A model generated the notes under the pieces. The model was not told where the DNA came from. It was given only the letters and a program-made list of their open reading frames with translations, and made no database searches. Positions 1 to 10,259 of a DNA stretch of 64,000 nucleotides are shown in pieces; position 1 is the stretch's first letter; each line of letters begins with the position of its first letter. A program made the translations under genes and the position numbers. Origin of the DNA: Nitrospirota bacterium (GTDB lineage: Bacteria; Nitrospirota; Thermodesulfovibrionia; Thermodesulfovibrionales; Dissulfurispiraceae); assembly GCA_963790025.1 (NCBI GenBank), contig CAWBMP010000004.1:1152001-1216000 (forward strand). Direction: 5' to 3'.

Positions 1-495
1 AAGTTTCCGCTCCTTATTCGCCATGGCAGCTATCGGTGAATTATCCGTATGCCCCGCAATAGAAAAACCTTCCGGCAAAAACTCTATCCTGTCTCCATGG
101 CTCATCCAGACTTTCGACTTTTGCGTTATACCCCACAAGAGGTCGGAGTCGTCATCAATCATGAATTCGGCTTTTCCGTATTCTCTTTTCAAAGCCTTGG
201 CCACTTCCCCTCCCAGGCACCGGGCCATTAACTGCATACCGTAGCATACGCCAAGCACCGGGACGCCCAGGCTGAACACCTCCGGATCGGGAAAAGGAGA
301 ACCAGCATCATACACGCTGGAGGGGCCTCCTGAAAGGACAATCCCTTTCGGCTTGAAAGACTTTATCTTCTCAAGGGACGCATTGAAGGGAAATATCTCG
401 GAATAAACTTTGCTTTCCCGTATTCTTCTAGCTATAAGCTGTGTATATTGCGAGCCGAAATCCAGAACTAATATTTTATCGTTATGTGTCATCAT
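1..495 (-). CDS. guaA: GMP synthase (glutamine-hydrolysing), N-terminal part; runs off window start
   Basis: Manual reverse translation from ATG at 495: MMTHNDKILVLDFGSQYTQLIARRIRE...ILSGGP...VLGVCYGMQL, the GATase signature; directly downstream of guaB. Absent from the ORF track because it is truncated. Confidence 0.95.
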   Translation of the reverse strand, partial: MMTHNDKILVLDFGSQYTQLIARRIRESKVYSEIFPFNASLEKIKSFKPKGIVLSGGPSSVYDAGSPFPDPEVFSLGVPVLGVCYGMQLMARCLGGEVAKALKREYGKAEFMIDDDSDLLWGITQKSKVWMSHGDRIEFLPEGFSIAGHTDNSPIAAMANKERKL

Positions 496-585
496 TTAAA
501 TACGGTAATAAGGTTAAAGGTTAAAGAAAAATAAAATACATTTCAATTTTTTTTCGTTCAGCCTTTGACCTTTCACCTGCTTTGT

Positions 586-2046
<1,461 letters not shown>

Positions 2047-2305
2047 TCATCCACTCCCCTAATGCAAAGTAAGAAATAAAAAGTGAGAAGTAAAAAGCAA
2101 CGAACAAGCGACCTTTTCTTTATATCATTTTACTTATCACTTTTTACTTGTCTCTGTGTCTTTGTGAGTGAGATTATACCATTTCTTTGCAGACGGGGGC
2201 AAAATGAAGAATGAGAAGACAAAAGTTAAAAGTGAGGAGCAACCGGACGACGTTTTCTTTAGTCCTTTCACCTTTAACTTTTTACTTCTCACTTTTTACT
2301 TGTCT

Positions 2306-2971
2306 TTAAGAAATGAGGTCTATATTAACCTTCACGTGCAGCCGCTGCCTAACGCCGTCAACATAGGAGGCAAGTGCCGCATCCCTGTGGTTCGTCAGTA
2401 TTGCCTGCATCTTTTCATTGACAGCTTTTTCGTCACCCGAAATATTCTTGAGATCAAGAGGATTTACCTCAACAGCTGCCAATATAAGCTGCCTCATTTT
2501 TGCCGAAACAAGCTGTTGCCGAACTGAGGCCTCGAACATCTCGGGCGTCTGACGCTGTAGTTGAAGCGCCCTGAAGTAAATCTTCTGGCTAAAAACGCCA
2601 TCTCGCATAAACGTCGGTTCGTGAGTGATGACATCCTGAAGCTCCTTATCAGACACGCTGACACCCAGGTCTCCTGCCGCAATCAAAAGCACCTTCTCCG
2701 CTATGAGGCTATTGAGTACAACCTCTTTCAATTTAAGGTTCTTTTCCATTTCCTCGGTAAATTGGTCCTTGTAAGTGTCACGGAACGCAGTTCTCATCTG
2801 CTCATAGGCCCGCCAGAATTCTTCAGGAGCAATCTTTTCCTTGCCGATTTCGGCAACACTCGGCGCACCCGATTTGTCGACCGACCCCACCCCCCAGAAT
2901 ATGAAAGACAGGATGACAATTACGAACAATACATAAAAAAAACGTGCATGTTTACGCATAGACTGAAGCAT
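2306..2971 (-). CDS. SurA N-terminal domain protein (PpiD-like, membrane anchored)
   Basis: MLQSMRK followed by a TM segment (VIVILSFIFWGV), VAEIG..I, VSDKEL...I...F..DGVF; no PPIase domain. Confidence 0.8.
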   Translation of the reverse strand: MLQSMRKHARFFYVLFVIVILSFIFWGVGSVDKSGAPSVAEIGKEKIAPEEFWRAYEQMRTAFRDTYKDQFTEEMEKNLKLKEVVLNSLIAEKVLLIAAGDLGVSVSDKELQDVITHEPTFMRDGVFSQKIYFRALQLQRQTPEMFEASVRQQLVSAKMRQLILAAVEVNPLDLKNISGDEKAVNEKMQAILTNHRDAALASYVDGVRQRLHVKVNIDLIS

Positions 2972-2975
2972 TTAT

Positions 2976-3383
2976 TTAATACCTCCCCGAAAAAAAATCT
3001 TCAAGAATGTCCTTGTGGTCAAACGCTAAATTACCTGGAAGAGTGTCTTTATTGAATATGCATGCCTCCCCCGCATCATCTCCAGATCTTAAGGCCCCCT
3101 CGCCATCCGCTATGAATACAGTTGATATGCTATGCAGGCGGGCATCCCTGGCCGGATCAGAATAGGTGTGGAACTGCCTGACTAGCCGCACATCAAGACC
3201 CGTTTCCTCTTTCGCCTCACGCACAGCCGCAGTTTCAAGGCTTTCTCCGTAATCTACGAACCCTCCGGGAATTGCCCATCCAAGCGGAGGATTTTTCCGT
3301 TTGATCAGCACAATACCGTCCTGCCATTTTATTATTATGTCGACTGTGGGGAGAGGATTACGCGGATTACCAGGCATACGCAT
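2976..3383 (-). CDS. Nudix hydrolase
   Basis: Nudix box [23 protein letters not shown]. Confidence 0.93.
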   Translation of the reverse strand: MRMPGNPRNPLPTVDIIIKWQDGIVLIKRKNPPLGWAIPGGFVDYGESLETAAVREAKEETGLDVRLVRQFHTYSDPARDARLHSISTVFIADGEGALRSGDDAGEACIFNKDTLPGNLAFDHKDILEDFFSGRY

Positions 3384-3389
3384 TTATTT

Positions 3390-3635
3390 TCAGCTGTTGT
3401 TTTCTGCCTCCTCAATTCTCAGGTCCAGGATTTTCTCGGGGACAATAGTGGACACGGCATGCTTGTAGATAAGCTGTTCGTTCGCCTCTTTAAGCAGAAT
3501 GACAAAACTGTCGAACCCTTTGACAACTCCCTTCAGCCTCACTCCGTTTGTGAGATAAATCACCACGGGGATTTTTTCTTTCCGCAGCTGGTTCAGGAAA
3601 AGATCCTGAAGACTCTGCCCCCTGCTAATTCCCAT
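3390..3635 (-). CDS. hfq: RNA chaperone Hfq
   Basis: [33 protein letters not shown]; start re-called to ATG 3635 after an AGGAGG RBS. Confidence 0.96.
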   Translation of the reverse strand: MGISRGQSLQDLFLNQLRKEKIPVVIYLTNGVRLKGVVKGFDSFVILLKEANEQLIYKHAVSTIVPEKILDLRIEEAENNS

Positions 3636-3832
3636 GCCCCCTCCTAAAAAATTGTTAGAGGTCCAAGGTTTGAGGAACCTCAAGCTTCCTATTTACGATA
3701 AAGCATTTTTTCTAATTATTCAAGCGATATGTGAATAGTAGGTCAGTTCCAGCGCCGACATACAGCCTGCACCTGCCGCTCCCTTCCTTATAAACCCTGT
3801 GTTATACTATAAGAGGAAATGATGGTATAGAT

Positions 3833-4036
3833 ATGCCTATATTTGAATATACATGCGAAAAGTGCGGCAAGGAATTCGAAAAGCTTGTTTTCGGAAACCA
3901 GAAAGTGACTTGTGCTGCATGCGGGTCCGGGAATGTAAAAAAGAGGTTTTCGGTATTCGGAATGAGCGGGGTTGAGCGTGCCGCGTCTTCCGGGTGTTCT
4001 TCATGCAGTTCGGGTTCGTGTAGTTCTTGCAAATAA
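3833..4036 (+). CDS. FmdB-family zinc-ribbon protein
   Basis: [14 protein letters not shown]...CAACGS and a C-terminal Cys/Ser-rich tail. Confidence 0.88.
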   Translation: MPIFEYTCEKCGKEFEKLVFGNQKVTCAACGSGNVKKRFSVFGMSGVERAASSGCSSCSSGSCSSCK

Positions 4037-4353
4037 TGGACGACCACAGCTATCAGATATCTGAATCCGTTGTCGAAACAGAGGACCTTCAGAAAACAAA
4101 AAAACCCTCGTTGTACAGAGTGTTGCTGCTCAACGACGATTACACTACTATGGAGTTTGTTGTCCACATACTTGAGTTCGTCTTTCACAAATCCCCTGTA
4201 GAAGCGACACAGATAATGTTCCATGTTCACAAGAACGGCTCAGGACTTGCCGGCACATATACCAGGGAGATCGCCGAAACAAAGGTAAATACCGTACTGG
4301 AACTTGCCCGTAAGAGCAAGTTCCCGCTTAAATGCATAATGGAGAAAGAATGA
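4036..4353 (+). CDS. clpS: ATP-dependent Clp protease adaptor ClpS
   Basis: [37 protein letters not shown]; start at MDDHS. Confidence 0.96.
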   Translation: MDDHSYQISESVVETEDLQKTKKPSLYRVLLLNDDYTTMEFVVHILEFVFHKSPVEATQIMFHVHKNGSGLAGTYTREIAETKVNTVLELARKSKFPLKCIMEKE

Positions 4354-6617
4354 TCAACAAGGCACTGGAACTGACACTCGAAGCCACGATCCGCGATGCC
4401 GAAAACAAGAGACATGAATACCTGACCGTAGAGCACATACTCTTTGCAGCGCTTCACGATGATTGGGGAGTTGAAATAATTTCCAATTGCGGCGGCAATA
4501 TTGCTCGACTCAAGTCTCAAATCGAGAAATTTTTTGACGAAAATCTTCCCAAGCTGGCCGATAATGCTGACGCGTATACAAAACCAACCCTCGCCTTCCA
4601 GCGTGTACTTCAAAGGGCCCTGGGCCACGTGCAATCAGCAGGTAAGCAGGAGGCTGATGCAGGTGATATCATCTCGTCAATTTTCCTCGAAGAGGATTCT
4701 CATGCTGTCCACTTCCTGGAATCAGAGGGCATTACCAGGCTTGATGTACTCAATTACATTTCTCACGGCATATCCAAACTCTACAATGAATCCGACAATC
4801 AGGATTCCGAACATAAACACGAGCAGCCGTCTACCGCTGAACCGCAGAAGGGTGGGGCATTGCCGGCAAAAGACCCGCTCAGGCAGTTTACCGTAGACCT
4901 GGTGGAAAAGGCCGCACTCGGGGAGATCGATCCTCTGGTCGGACGTGAAGCCGAGCTTAAGCGGACCATTCAGGTCTTATGCAGGAGGAGAAAGAATAAT
5001 ATCATTTTTGTCGGTGAGCCCGGCGTGGGGAAGACCGCGATCGTCGAAGGGCTAGCGCTAAACATACAGCATGGAAAAGTACCGGAACTGCTCAAAAAAA
5101 CGAAGATATTTTCGATGGATATGGGAGCGCTGCTTGCGGGTACCAAATACCGCGGAGATTTTGAAGCGCGACTCAAGGCGACCCTTAAAAGCATCAGTAA
5201 AATTCCCGACGCGATTCTTTTTATTGACGAGATCCATACCGTGGTCGGGGCCGGCGCTACCAGCGGCGGCTCTATGGATGCCTCCAATATATTGAAACCG
5301 TTGCTGAACTCAGGTGCGCTGCGCTGCATCGGGGCTACCACTTACGAGGAATACAGGAACCATTTTGAAAAAGACCGTGCGCTCTCAAGAAGGTTCCAGA
5401 AAATCGAGCTTCAGGAGCCGGGCATAGATGAGACGGTACTGATACTGAATGGGTTGAGGAACTATTATGAGCGATTCCACGGTGTTACATATACAAGAAA
5501 CGCACTTAAAGCCGCGGCCGAGCTTTCAGCAAAATACATTAACGACCGTTTTCTGCCCGACAAAGCTATCGACGTTGTTGATGAGGCAGGAGCGGCGCTT
5601 AAACTTGACGCAACTTACAAGAACAAGCGTACTATCGGAGTTGCCGATATAGAAAGAGTAATTTCGAGAATAGCCAGGATTCCTTCGCGGTCGATTTCCA
5701 CATCCGACATTCATAGGCTTAAACAGCTTGAGGACGAATTAAAACAGTCGGTATTCGGCCAGGAGGATGCTATTCACTCTCTTGCGGCCTCTATCAAGCG
5801 GTCACGGGCAGGATTAGGTTCCCCGGAGAAGACTATCGGGTCATTTTTGTTTACCGGTCCCACAGGAGTGGGAAAGACAGAGGTTTCAAAGCAACTGGCT
5901 GCAGTATTAGGCGTCCAGTTCATCCGCTTTGATATGAGTGAATACATGGAGAAGCATACAGTGGCCCGCCTGATAGGAGCACCGCCGGGATATGTTGGCT
6001 TTGACCAGGGGGGACTGCTCACAGACAGTATCAGGAAGCACCCGTACAGCGTTCTGCTCATGGATGAAATAGAAAAAGCCCACCCGGACATTTTCAGCAT
6101 TCTCCTTCAGGTAATGGACTATGCGACATTGACCGACAATAACGGGAAAAAGGCTGATTTCAGGAACGTCATTCTTATTATGACTTCGAATGCAGGCGCA
6201 AAAGAATTGGCAAAAAACGTTATCGGCTTCGGCGACAGGAGCAGAGACACCCAGTCGAAGGGCAAAGAGGCCATTGACAGATTGTTCAACCCGGAATTCC
6301 GGAACAGGCTCGATGCCATTATCAGCTTTGCGCCGCTAACACCCCGGACAATGGAGAAGGTCGTGGATAAGTTCATCAAAGAGCTGGAGCGTCAGCTCAC
6401 CCCGAAAAAGGTCTCGATCTTTCTTTCCCCAGAAGCCCGGCAGTGGCTTGCCCAAAAGGGACATGACAGCGTCTACGGGGCGCGTCCCCTGGCCCGTCTC
6501 ATCCAAACAGAAATAAAGGACACTTTGTCGGAAGAAGTTCTATTCGGCAAATTGAGCAAAGGCGGTACGGTAAACATCAGCCTCGTCGAGGACCGTTTAA
6601 GCTTCAGCTACTCTTAA
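4350..6617 (+). CDS. clpA: ATP-dependent Clp protease ATP-binding subunit ClpA
   Basis: HEYLTVEH N-domain, two AAA+ modules ([16 protein letters not shown]), no ClpB middle domain, coupled to clpS. Confidence 0.96.
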   Translation: MINKALELTLEATIRDAENKRHEYLTVEHILFAALHDDWGVEIISNCGGNIARLKSQIEKFFDENLPKLADNADAYTKPTLAFQRVLQRALGHVQSAGKQEADAGDIISSIFLEEDSHAVHFLESEGITRLDVLNYISHGISKLYNESDNQDSEHKHEQPSTAEPQKGGALPAKDPLRQFTVDLVEKAALGEIDPLVGREAELKRTIQVLCRRRKNNIIFVGEPGVGKTAIVEGLALNIQHGKVPELLKKTKIFSMDMGALLAGTKYRGDFEARLKATLKSISKIPDAILFIDEIHTVVGAGATSGGSMDASNILKPLLNSGALRCIGATTYEEYRNHFEKDRALSRRFQKIELQEPGIDETVLILNGLRNYYERFHGVTYTRNALKAAAELSAKYINDRFLPDKAIDVVDEAGAALKLDATYKNKRTIGVADIERVISRIARIPSRSISTSDIHRLKQLEDELKQSVFGQEDAIHSLAASIKRSRAGLGSPEKTIGSFLFTGPTGVGKTEVSKQLAAVLGVQFIRFDMSEYMEKHTVARLIGAPPGYVGFDQGGLLTDSIRKHPYSVLLMDEIEKAHPDIFSILLQVMDYATLTDNNGKKADFRNVILIMTSNAGAKELAKNVIGFGDRSRDTQSKGKEAIDRLFNPEFRNRLDAIISFAPLTPRTMEKVVDKFIKELERQLTPKKVSIFLSPEARQWLAQKGHDSVYGARPLARLIQTEIKDTLSEEVLFGKLSKGGTVNISLVEDRLSFSYS

Positions 6618-6626
6618 CCCGCGATA

Positions 6627-7307
6627 ATGCCTATCTTTGGGCTGACAGACGATCTTATTTTCCCTCCACCCGAACTTGCCGACAAGGACGGCCTGCTTTG
6701 CGTTGGAGGGGACCTTAGTGAAGAGCGACTTTTACTCGCCTACTCAATGGGAATTTTTCCGTGGTATTCTGAGGATTATCCTATTTTATGGTGGTCGCCA
6801 GACCCGCGTCTCGTATTATTTCCTCAGGAATTAAAAGTATCAAGAAGCCTGGGGCAGGTGCTCAAAAAGAATATTTTCAAAATCACAATGGATGCAGCAT
6901 TTCCCGACGTTATCAAAAACTGCGCAGTCAGCCGAAAAAAGGAGGACGAGGGCACATGGATTACAGCGGAAATGGCGGATGCATATATACAAATACACCG
7001 TTCAGGTTTTGCCCATTCAGTTGAAAGCTGGTATGAGGGCGAATTGGCAGGAGGGCTTTATGGAGTTGCGTTGGGCGGCGCATTCTTTGGAGAATCGATG
7101 TTCGCAAAAAAAAGTAATGCCTCCAAGGCCGCTTTTGTTACTCTCGTTGAGCAGCTCATCAAATGGAACTTTACGCTTATCGATTGCCAGGTCACTACCG
7201 GGCACCTTATTAACTTCGGAGCACGGGAAATCCCCCGGTCTGCATTCATGCAGAGGCTGAAGCAGGCCCTCACAATGCCGACGAAAAAAGGACCTTGGGC
7301 GTTATAG
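6627..7307 (+). CDS. aat: Leucyl/phenylalanyl-tRNA--protein transferase
   Basis: GIFPW, WWSPDPR, GTWI, AHSVE, FFGESMF, LIDCQ motifs. Confidence 0.96.
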   Translation: MPIFGLTDDLIFPPPELADKDGLLCVGGDLSEERLLLAYSMGIFPWYSEDYPILWWSPDPRLVLFPQELKVSRSLGQVLKKNIFKITMDAAFPDVIKNCAVSRKKEDEGTWITAEMADAYIQIHRSGFAHSVESWYEGELAGGLYGVALGGAFFGESMFAKKSNASKAAFVTLVEQLIKWNFTLIDCQVTTGHLINFGAREIPRSAFMQRLKQALTMPTKKGPWAL

Positions 7308-7388
7308 CGTTCAGCGGACGGCAAACAGCGTACTGCATTTTAAAGCTTTAAACGCTGAACCCAGTACGCTGTATGCTAAACGTTTTTC

Positions 7389-7817
7389 TTATTCCGGATA
7401 TTTGAAGGGATTTGCCTTTAAAACTGCGTCCACTTTCAAAGGTACGCCCTTTAAGATAAAAACAGCCATTCCCCGATCTTCAGTTGTCTTTCCATCCCTC
7501 TTCCAGGTCCCCTTCCAGGAGACATTGACAGTCACAGTGCCTCCATCAATTTCGACCAGTACAGGAGTAAAAATCAATTCGGCAGAATTGAAACTCTTTA
7601 TGAAGCTGGTGATTTCCTTAAACCCTTCCTGAGTCGTATCTTTTTCGATGCCGAACACATCCCTTTTAAGGTAGGCTTCCTTTATCTCATCGATAAGAGC
7701 AAAACTTTCTGTTGCTATTTTTGAATCTTCCGTCACCTTCTTGACCTCTTTTTTCCCGCATGAAACAGTAAAGACAACCATGATAAGTAAAAGGGCCAAA
7801 CAAAAAAGCCTTTTCAT
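7389..7817 (-). CDS. Hypothetical lipoprotein
   Basis: Signal peptide with lipobox TVSC; GGAGG RBS upstream. Confidence 0.7.
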   Translation of the reverse strand: MKRLFCLALLLIMVVFTVSCGKKEVKKVTEDSKIATESFALIDEIKEAYLKRDVFGIEKDTTQEGFKEITSFIKSFNSAELIFTPVLVEIDGGTVTVNVSWKGTWKRDGKTTEDRGMAVFILKGVPLKVDAVLKANPFKYPE

Positions 7818-7948
7818 ATATATCCTCCATATAAACAGCGTTATAGCTTACAGCGCACGGCGTTCGGCGATAAAGCGCGTCAGCAATTATAGATGATTTG
7901 GTCCATTTTACTCTACCCCTTCCGTTTGTCTTCTGTTATCATAGCACT

Positions 7949-8392
7949 ATGAAGATAGTTGCGCAGAACAGAAAGGCCTACCATGACTACAGCATCGAGG
8001 ACACCCTTGAGGCTGGCATGCAACTCCTTGGCACAGAGGTGAAATCACTCAGGGACGGCAAGGCTAACCTTAAAGACAGCTATGTACTCATCAAAGATGC
8101 AGGGGTGTTTCTCTTCAATTGCCACATCAGCCCGTATACTCATGGGAACATAATGAACCACGAGCCGCTGAGGACAAGAAAACTCCTTCTGCACCGCAAA
8201 GAAATAGAACGACTGAAAGGCAAGGCCCAGATCAAAGGATATACCCTGATTCCGCTCAAAATCTATTTTAAGGGACCCTTTGCAAAGGTGGAAATTGGGC
8301 TTGGCAAGGGCAAAAGGGAATACGAGAAGAGAGAAACCATTAAAGAGCGCGAGGCCAAGCGAGTTATAGAACGCGCTATGAAGACCAAGTAG
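7949..8392 (+). CDS. smpB: SsrA-binding protein SmpB
   Basis: NRKAYHDY, LGTEVKSLR, RKLLLH, GKGKREYEKRE; adjacent to tmRNA. Confidence 0.97.
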   Translation: MKIVAQNRKAYHDYSIEDTLEAGMQLLGTEVKSLRDGKANLKDSYVLIKDAGVFLFNCHISPYTHGNIMNHEPLRTRKLLLHRKEIERLKGKAQIKGYTLIPLKIYFKGPFAKVEIGLGKGKREYEKRETIKEREAKRVIERAMKTK

Positions 8393-8434
8393 TCACAGGA
8401 TATATGGTATAATATGTTAGTTAGCAGTTTAGTA

Positions 8435-8779
8435 GGGGGCGATAGGACTCGACGGGGGTTATGAGGCTCAAGTTGCATGCCGTGGCTCCATCACCACGTA
8501 AAAAGGTGGAACAAACACAAACGCCAACAACGAACTGGCAATCGCTGCTTAACCAATAGCAGCACGCTCCTTCGGTGATGTCTGTGCGCTGAAACGAGCG
8601 TCATATAGCAGGCTGCCGTCGGATGACTCCCTTAATTCCGGCGAAAGACTAAGGGATAGGAGATCAGCAGGCCCGCCAGCCGGCATTCTGATTTCCGAGA
8701 ATCAAATAGGTTGGATATGCATGTAGAAGCTTGGGAGTAGTGCTTTCGGACGCGGGTTCGATTCCCGCCGCCTCCACCA
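8435..8779 (+). ncRNA. ssrA: tmRNA; tag reading frame ANNELAIAA* at 8523-8552
   Basis: 5' GGGGGCG...GACTCGAC, 3' T-arm GGGTTCGATTCCC and acceptor CGCCTCCACCA; tag ends in AA-stop; follows smpB; TGGTATAAT promoter at ~8405-8413. Confidence 0.96.
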
Positions 8780-8856
8780 TAAGTCTTTGAGAATATTGAC
8801 TAAGTTTCATTCCCCTTTCATTCCTGTCCCCAAGCAGGAATGATTTGCGGGCAACA

Positions 8857-8884
8857 AAAAAGCCTCCGTTAACGGAGGCTTTTT
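8857..8884. terminator. Bidirectional intrinsic terminator
   Basis: Perfect palindrome AAAAAGCCTCCGTTAACGGAGGCTTTTT between convergent ssrA and the toxin gene. Confidence 0.85.
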
Positions 8885-8909
8885 CAATGATTATTCCTTG
8901 ACTGTGGTT

Positions 8910-9164
8910 TTATCGCTTATAAACGTCGCCTCTTGACCTGATGAGGGCGATAAGAAGGGTTTTACCGATTAGTTCACAAAGTATCCTGTATTTGCCGACT
9001 CTGATTCTGTATATATTTTCTTCGCCGGTTATGGGCTTGATGTCAACGGGCAGTCCATCTGTAAGTTTTTGGAAAACGGAATCGACAAGTTCCTTGTAAT
9101 CAGCGGGTAATTTCTTATAGGCTTTTGCGGCTTTCTTGGAAAACTCTATCTCAAGTCTTTCCAC
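8910..9164 (-). CDS. RelE/ParE-family type II toxin
   Basis: 84 aa, basic; IEFSKKAAKAYKKL, IYRIRVGKYRIL, RGDVYK RelE-like motifs. Confidence 0.88.
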   Translation of the reverse strand: MERLEIEFSKKAAKAYKKLPADYKELVDSVFQKLTDGLPVDIKPITGEENIYRIRVGKYRILCELIGKTLLIALIRSRGDVYKR

Positions 9165-9352
9165 CGAACCGTCTCTTTCCGGGCGTGTTCTCTCCGAGTA
9201 GCCTTGATTTCAGTCTTTTCGATTTTTGAAAGCGGGGAGGTATCGCTTTCAACAACTGTCTTGTGAAAAATGTCCATTAACTCATTTTCCGGCAGCGTCT
9301 TCAGAATATTTACGAGCGCGTCTTCCGGTATCGTTAATGTTTTGGCAGACAT
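9146..9352 (-). CDS. Putative antitoxin
   Basis: Small gene upstream of and overlapping the toxin; ends in ETVRWKDLR; GAGG RBS before ATG 9352. Confidence 0.7.
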   Translation of the reverse strand: MSAKTLTIPEDALVNILKTLPENELMDIFHKTVVESDTSPLSKIEKTEIKATRREHARKETVRWKDLR

Positions 9353-9505
9353 AATATTACCTCGCGTATCAGTTTTCATCTACATTATACCAAAAACATT
9401 GAAGCCCGTTCCCGGTTTTCGTTCCTGACTCGTTCCTGATAGGCTTAAAAATGCTATAATTTCAATGGTAGCGTCGGGTTCGATTCCCGCCGCCTCCACC
9501 ATAAG

Positions 9506-10003
9506 TCAGTCGAATTCCCCAATTTCCGGTTCCCCATTTTCCGGTTCACCCGCCCAGATTCCGGGGAAGAAAAAATTTCTTATGTTTTCGAGGGCATCCA
9601 GCATCAAAGATATTATTTTATTCTGCCTCGACTTATCCAGTTCTTTATTTGATCCTAACCGGATTTTACCTTTACCCTCCATATGGGATATGACCGGGGC
9701 GAAAAATTCCTTATGTGTGTCCACAGGGACCCAAATCAAATCGCCATTACCTGTCTTATCAATAAGAACCCTCCTATAATCTTGCAGACCATACAAAAAC
9801 ATTTTTCCGGCGCCGGCCATATGAATAAAGTACTCACCTTCTTGCAGACCAACAATTGCCAGCCCTTTTCCATTCTTATAAATTGACCCTGGACGGCAAA
9901 CAACATCCCCTTTTACGTCACCAATAAAATCGCCTGCGAAAGACGCACCATAGAATTGGATTATTATTGATGCAGCCATTAAAACAATTGTTATCTTTTT
10001 CAT
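9506..10003 (-). CDS. Hypothetical secreted protein (alternative start 10084)
   Basis: Sec signal MKKITIVLMAASIIIQFYGASFA; RBS-like motifs before both candidate starts. Confidence 0.6.
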   Translation of the reverse strand: MKKITIVLMAASIIIQFYGASFAGDFIGDVKGDVVCRPGSIYKNGKGLAIVGLQEGEYFIHMAGAGKMFLYGLQDYRRVLIDKTGNGDLIWVPVDTHKEFFAPVISHMEGKGKIRLGSNKELDKSRQNKIISLMLDALENIRNFFFPGIWAGEPENGEPEIGEFD

Positions 10004-10105
10004 TTCCTCACCGTTAATCTTGTTGTAAAGTTTCTTAACTTCTAAACCATAAGTCTTTATAAAATCATATCTTTCTACTCCCATTGCTCCTTCTGAAATC
10101 ATATA

Positions 10106-10121
10106 CGCAATAACCTTGCCA
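10106..10121 (-). promoter_or_regulatory. Sigma54 (-24/-12) promoter
   Basis: Reverse complement TGGCAAGGTTATTGCG with exact GG-N10-GC spacing, upstream of the 9506-10003 gene. Confidence 0.65.
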
Positions 10122-10259
10122 AAGACAATGTCGCTTAATAATCATACTGTTGCATTCAGCAACGAATTAGAAAAACGGGCAGATTTGGGGATATAACCAA
10201 ATGCGACTGGTGAAAATCCCAATCTCTTTCAGGGTCAGGTTAGGTTCAGTTCAGGGCAG

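Larger units (their letters stand above)
8753..9507. mobile_element. Integrase-less islet at the tmRNA 3' end, bounded by a 33-bp direct repeat (8753-8785 and 9475-9507)
   Basis: CGGGTTCGATTCCCGCCGCCTCCACCATAAGTC occurs twice, 722 bp apart; contains only a toxin-antitoxin pair. Confidence 0.85.

Noticed and set aside
9475..9507. tRNA-like 3' end (T-arm plus CCA)
   Set aside because: No 5' half; it is the duplicated tmRNA end (att site), not a tRNA gene
10231..10245. AGGGTCAGGTT resembling the RAYT-like element end
   Set aside because: The match is only about 8 bp with no partner end; likely chance
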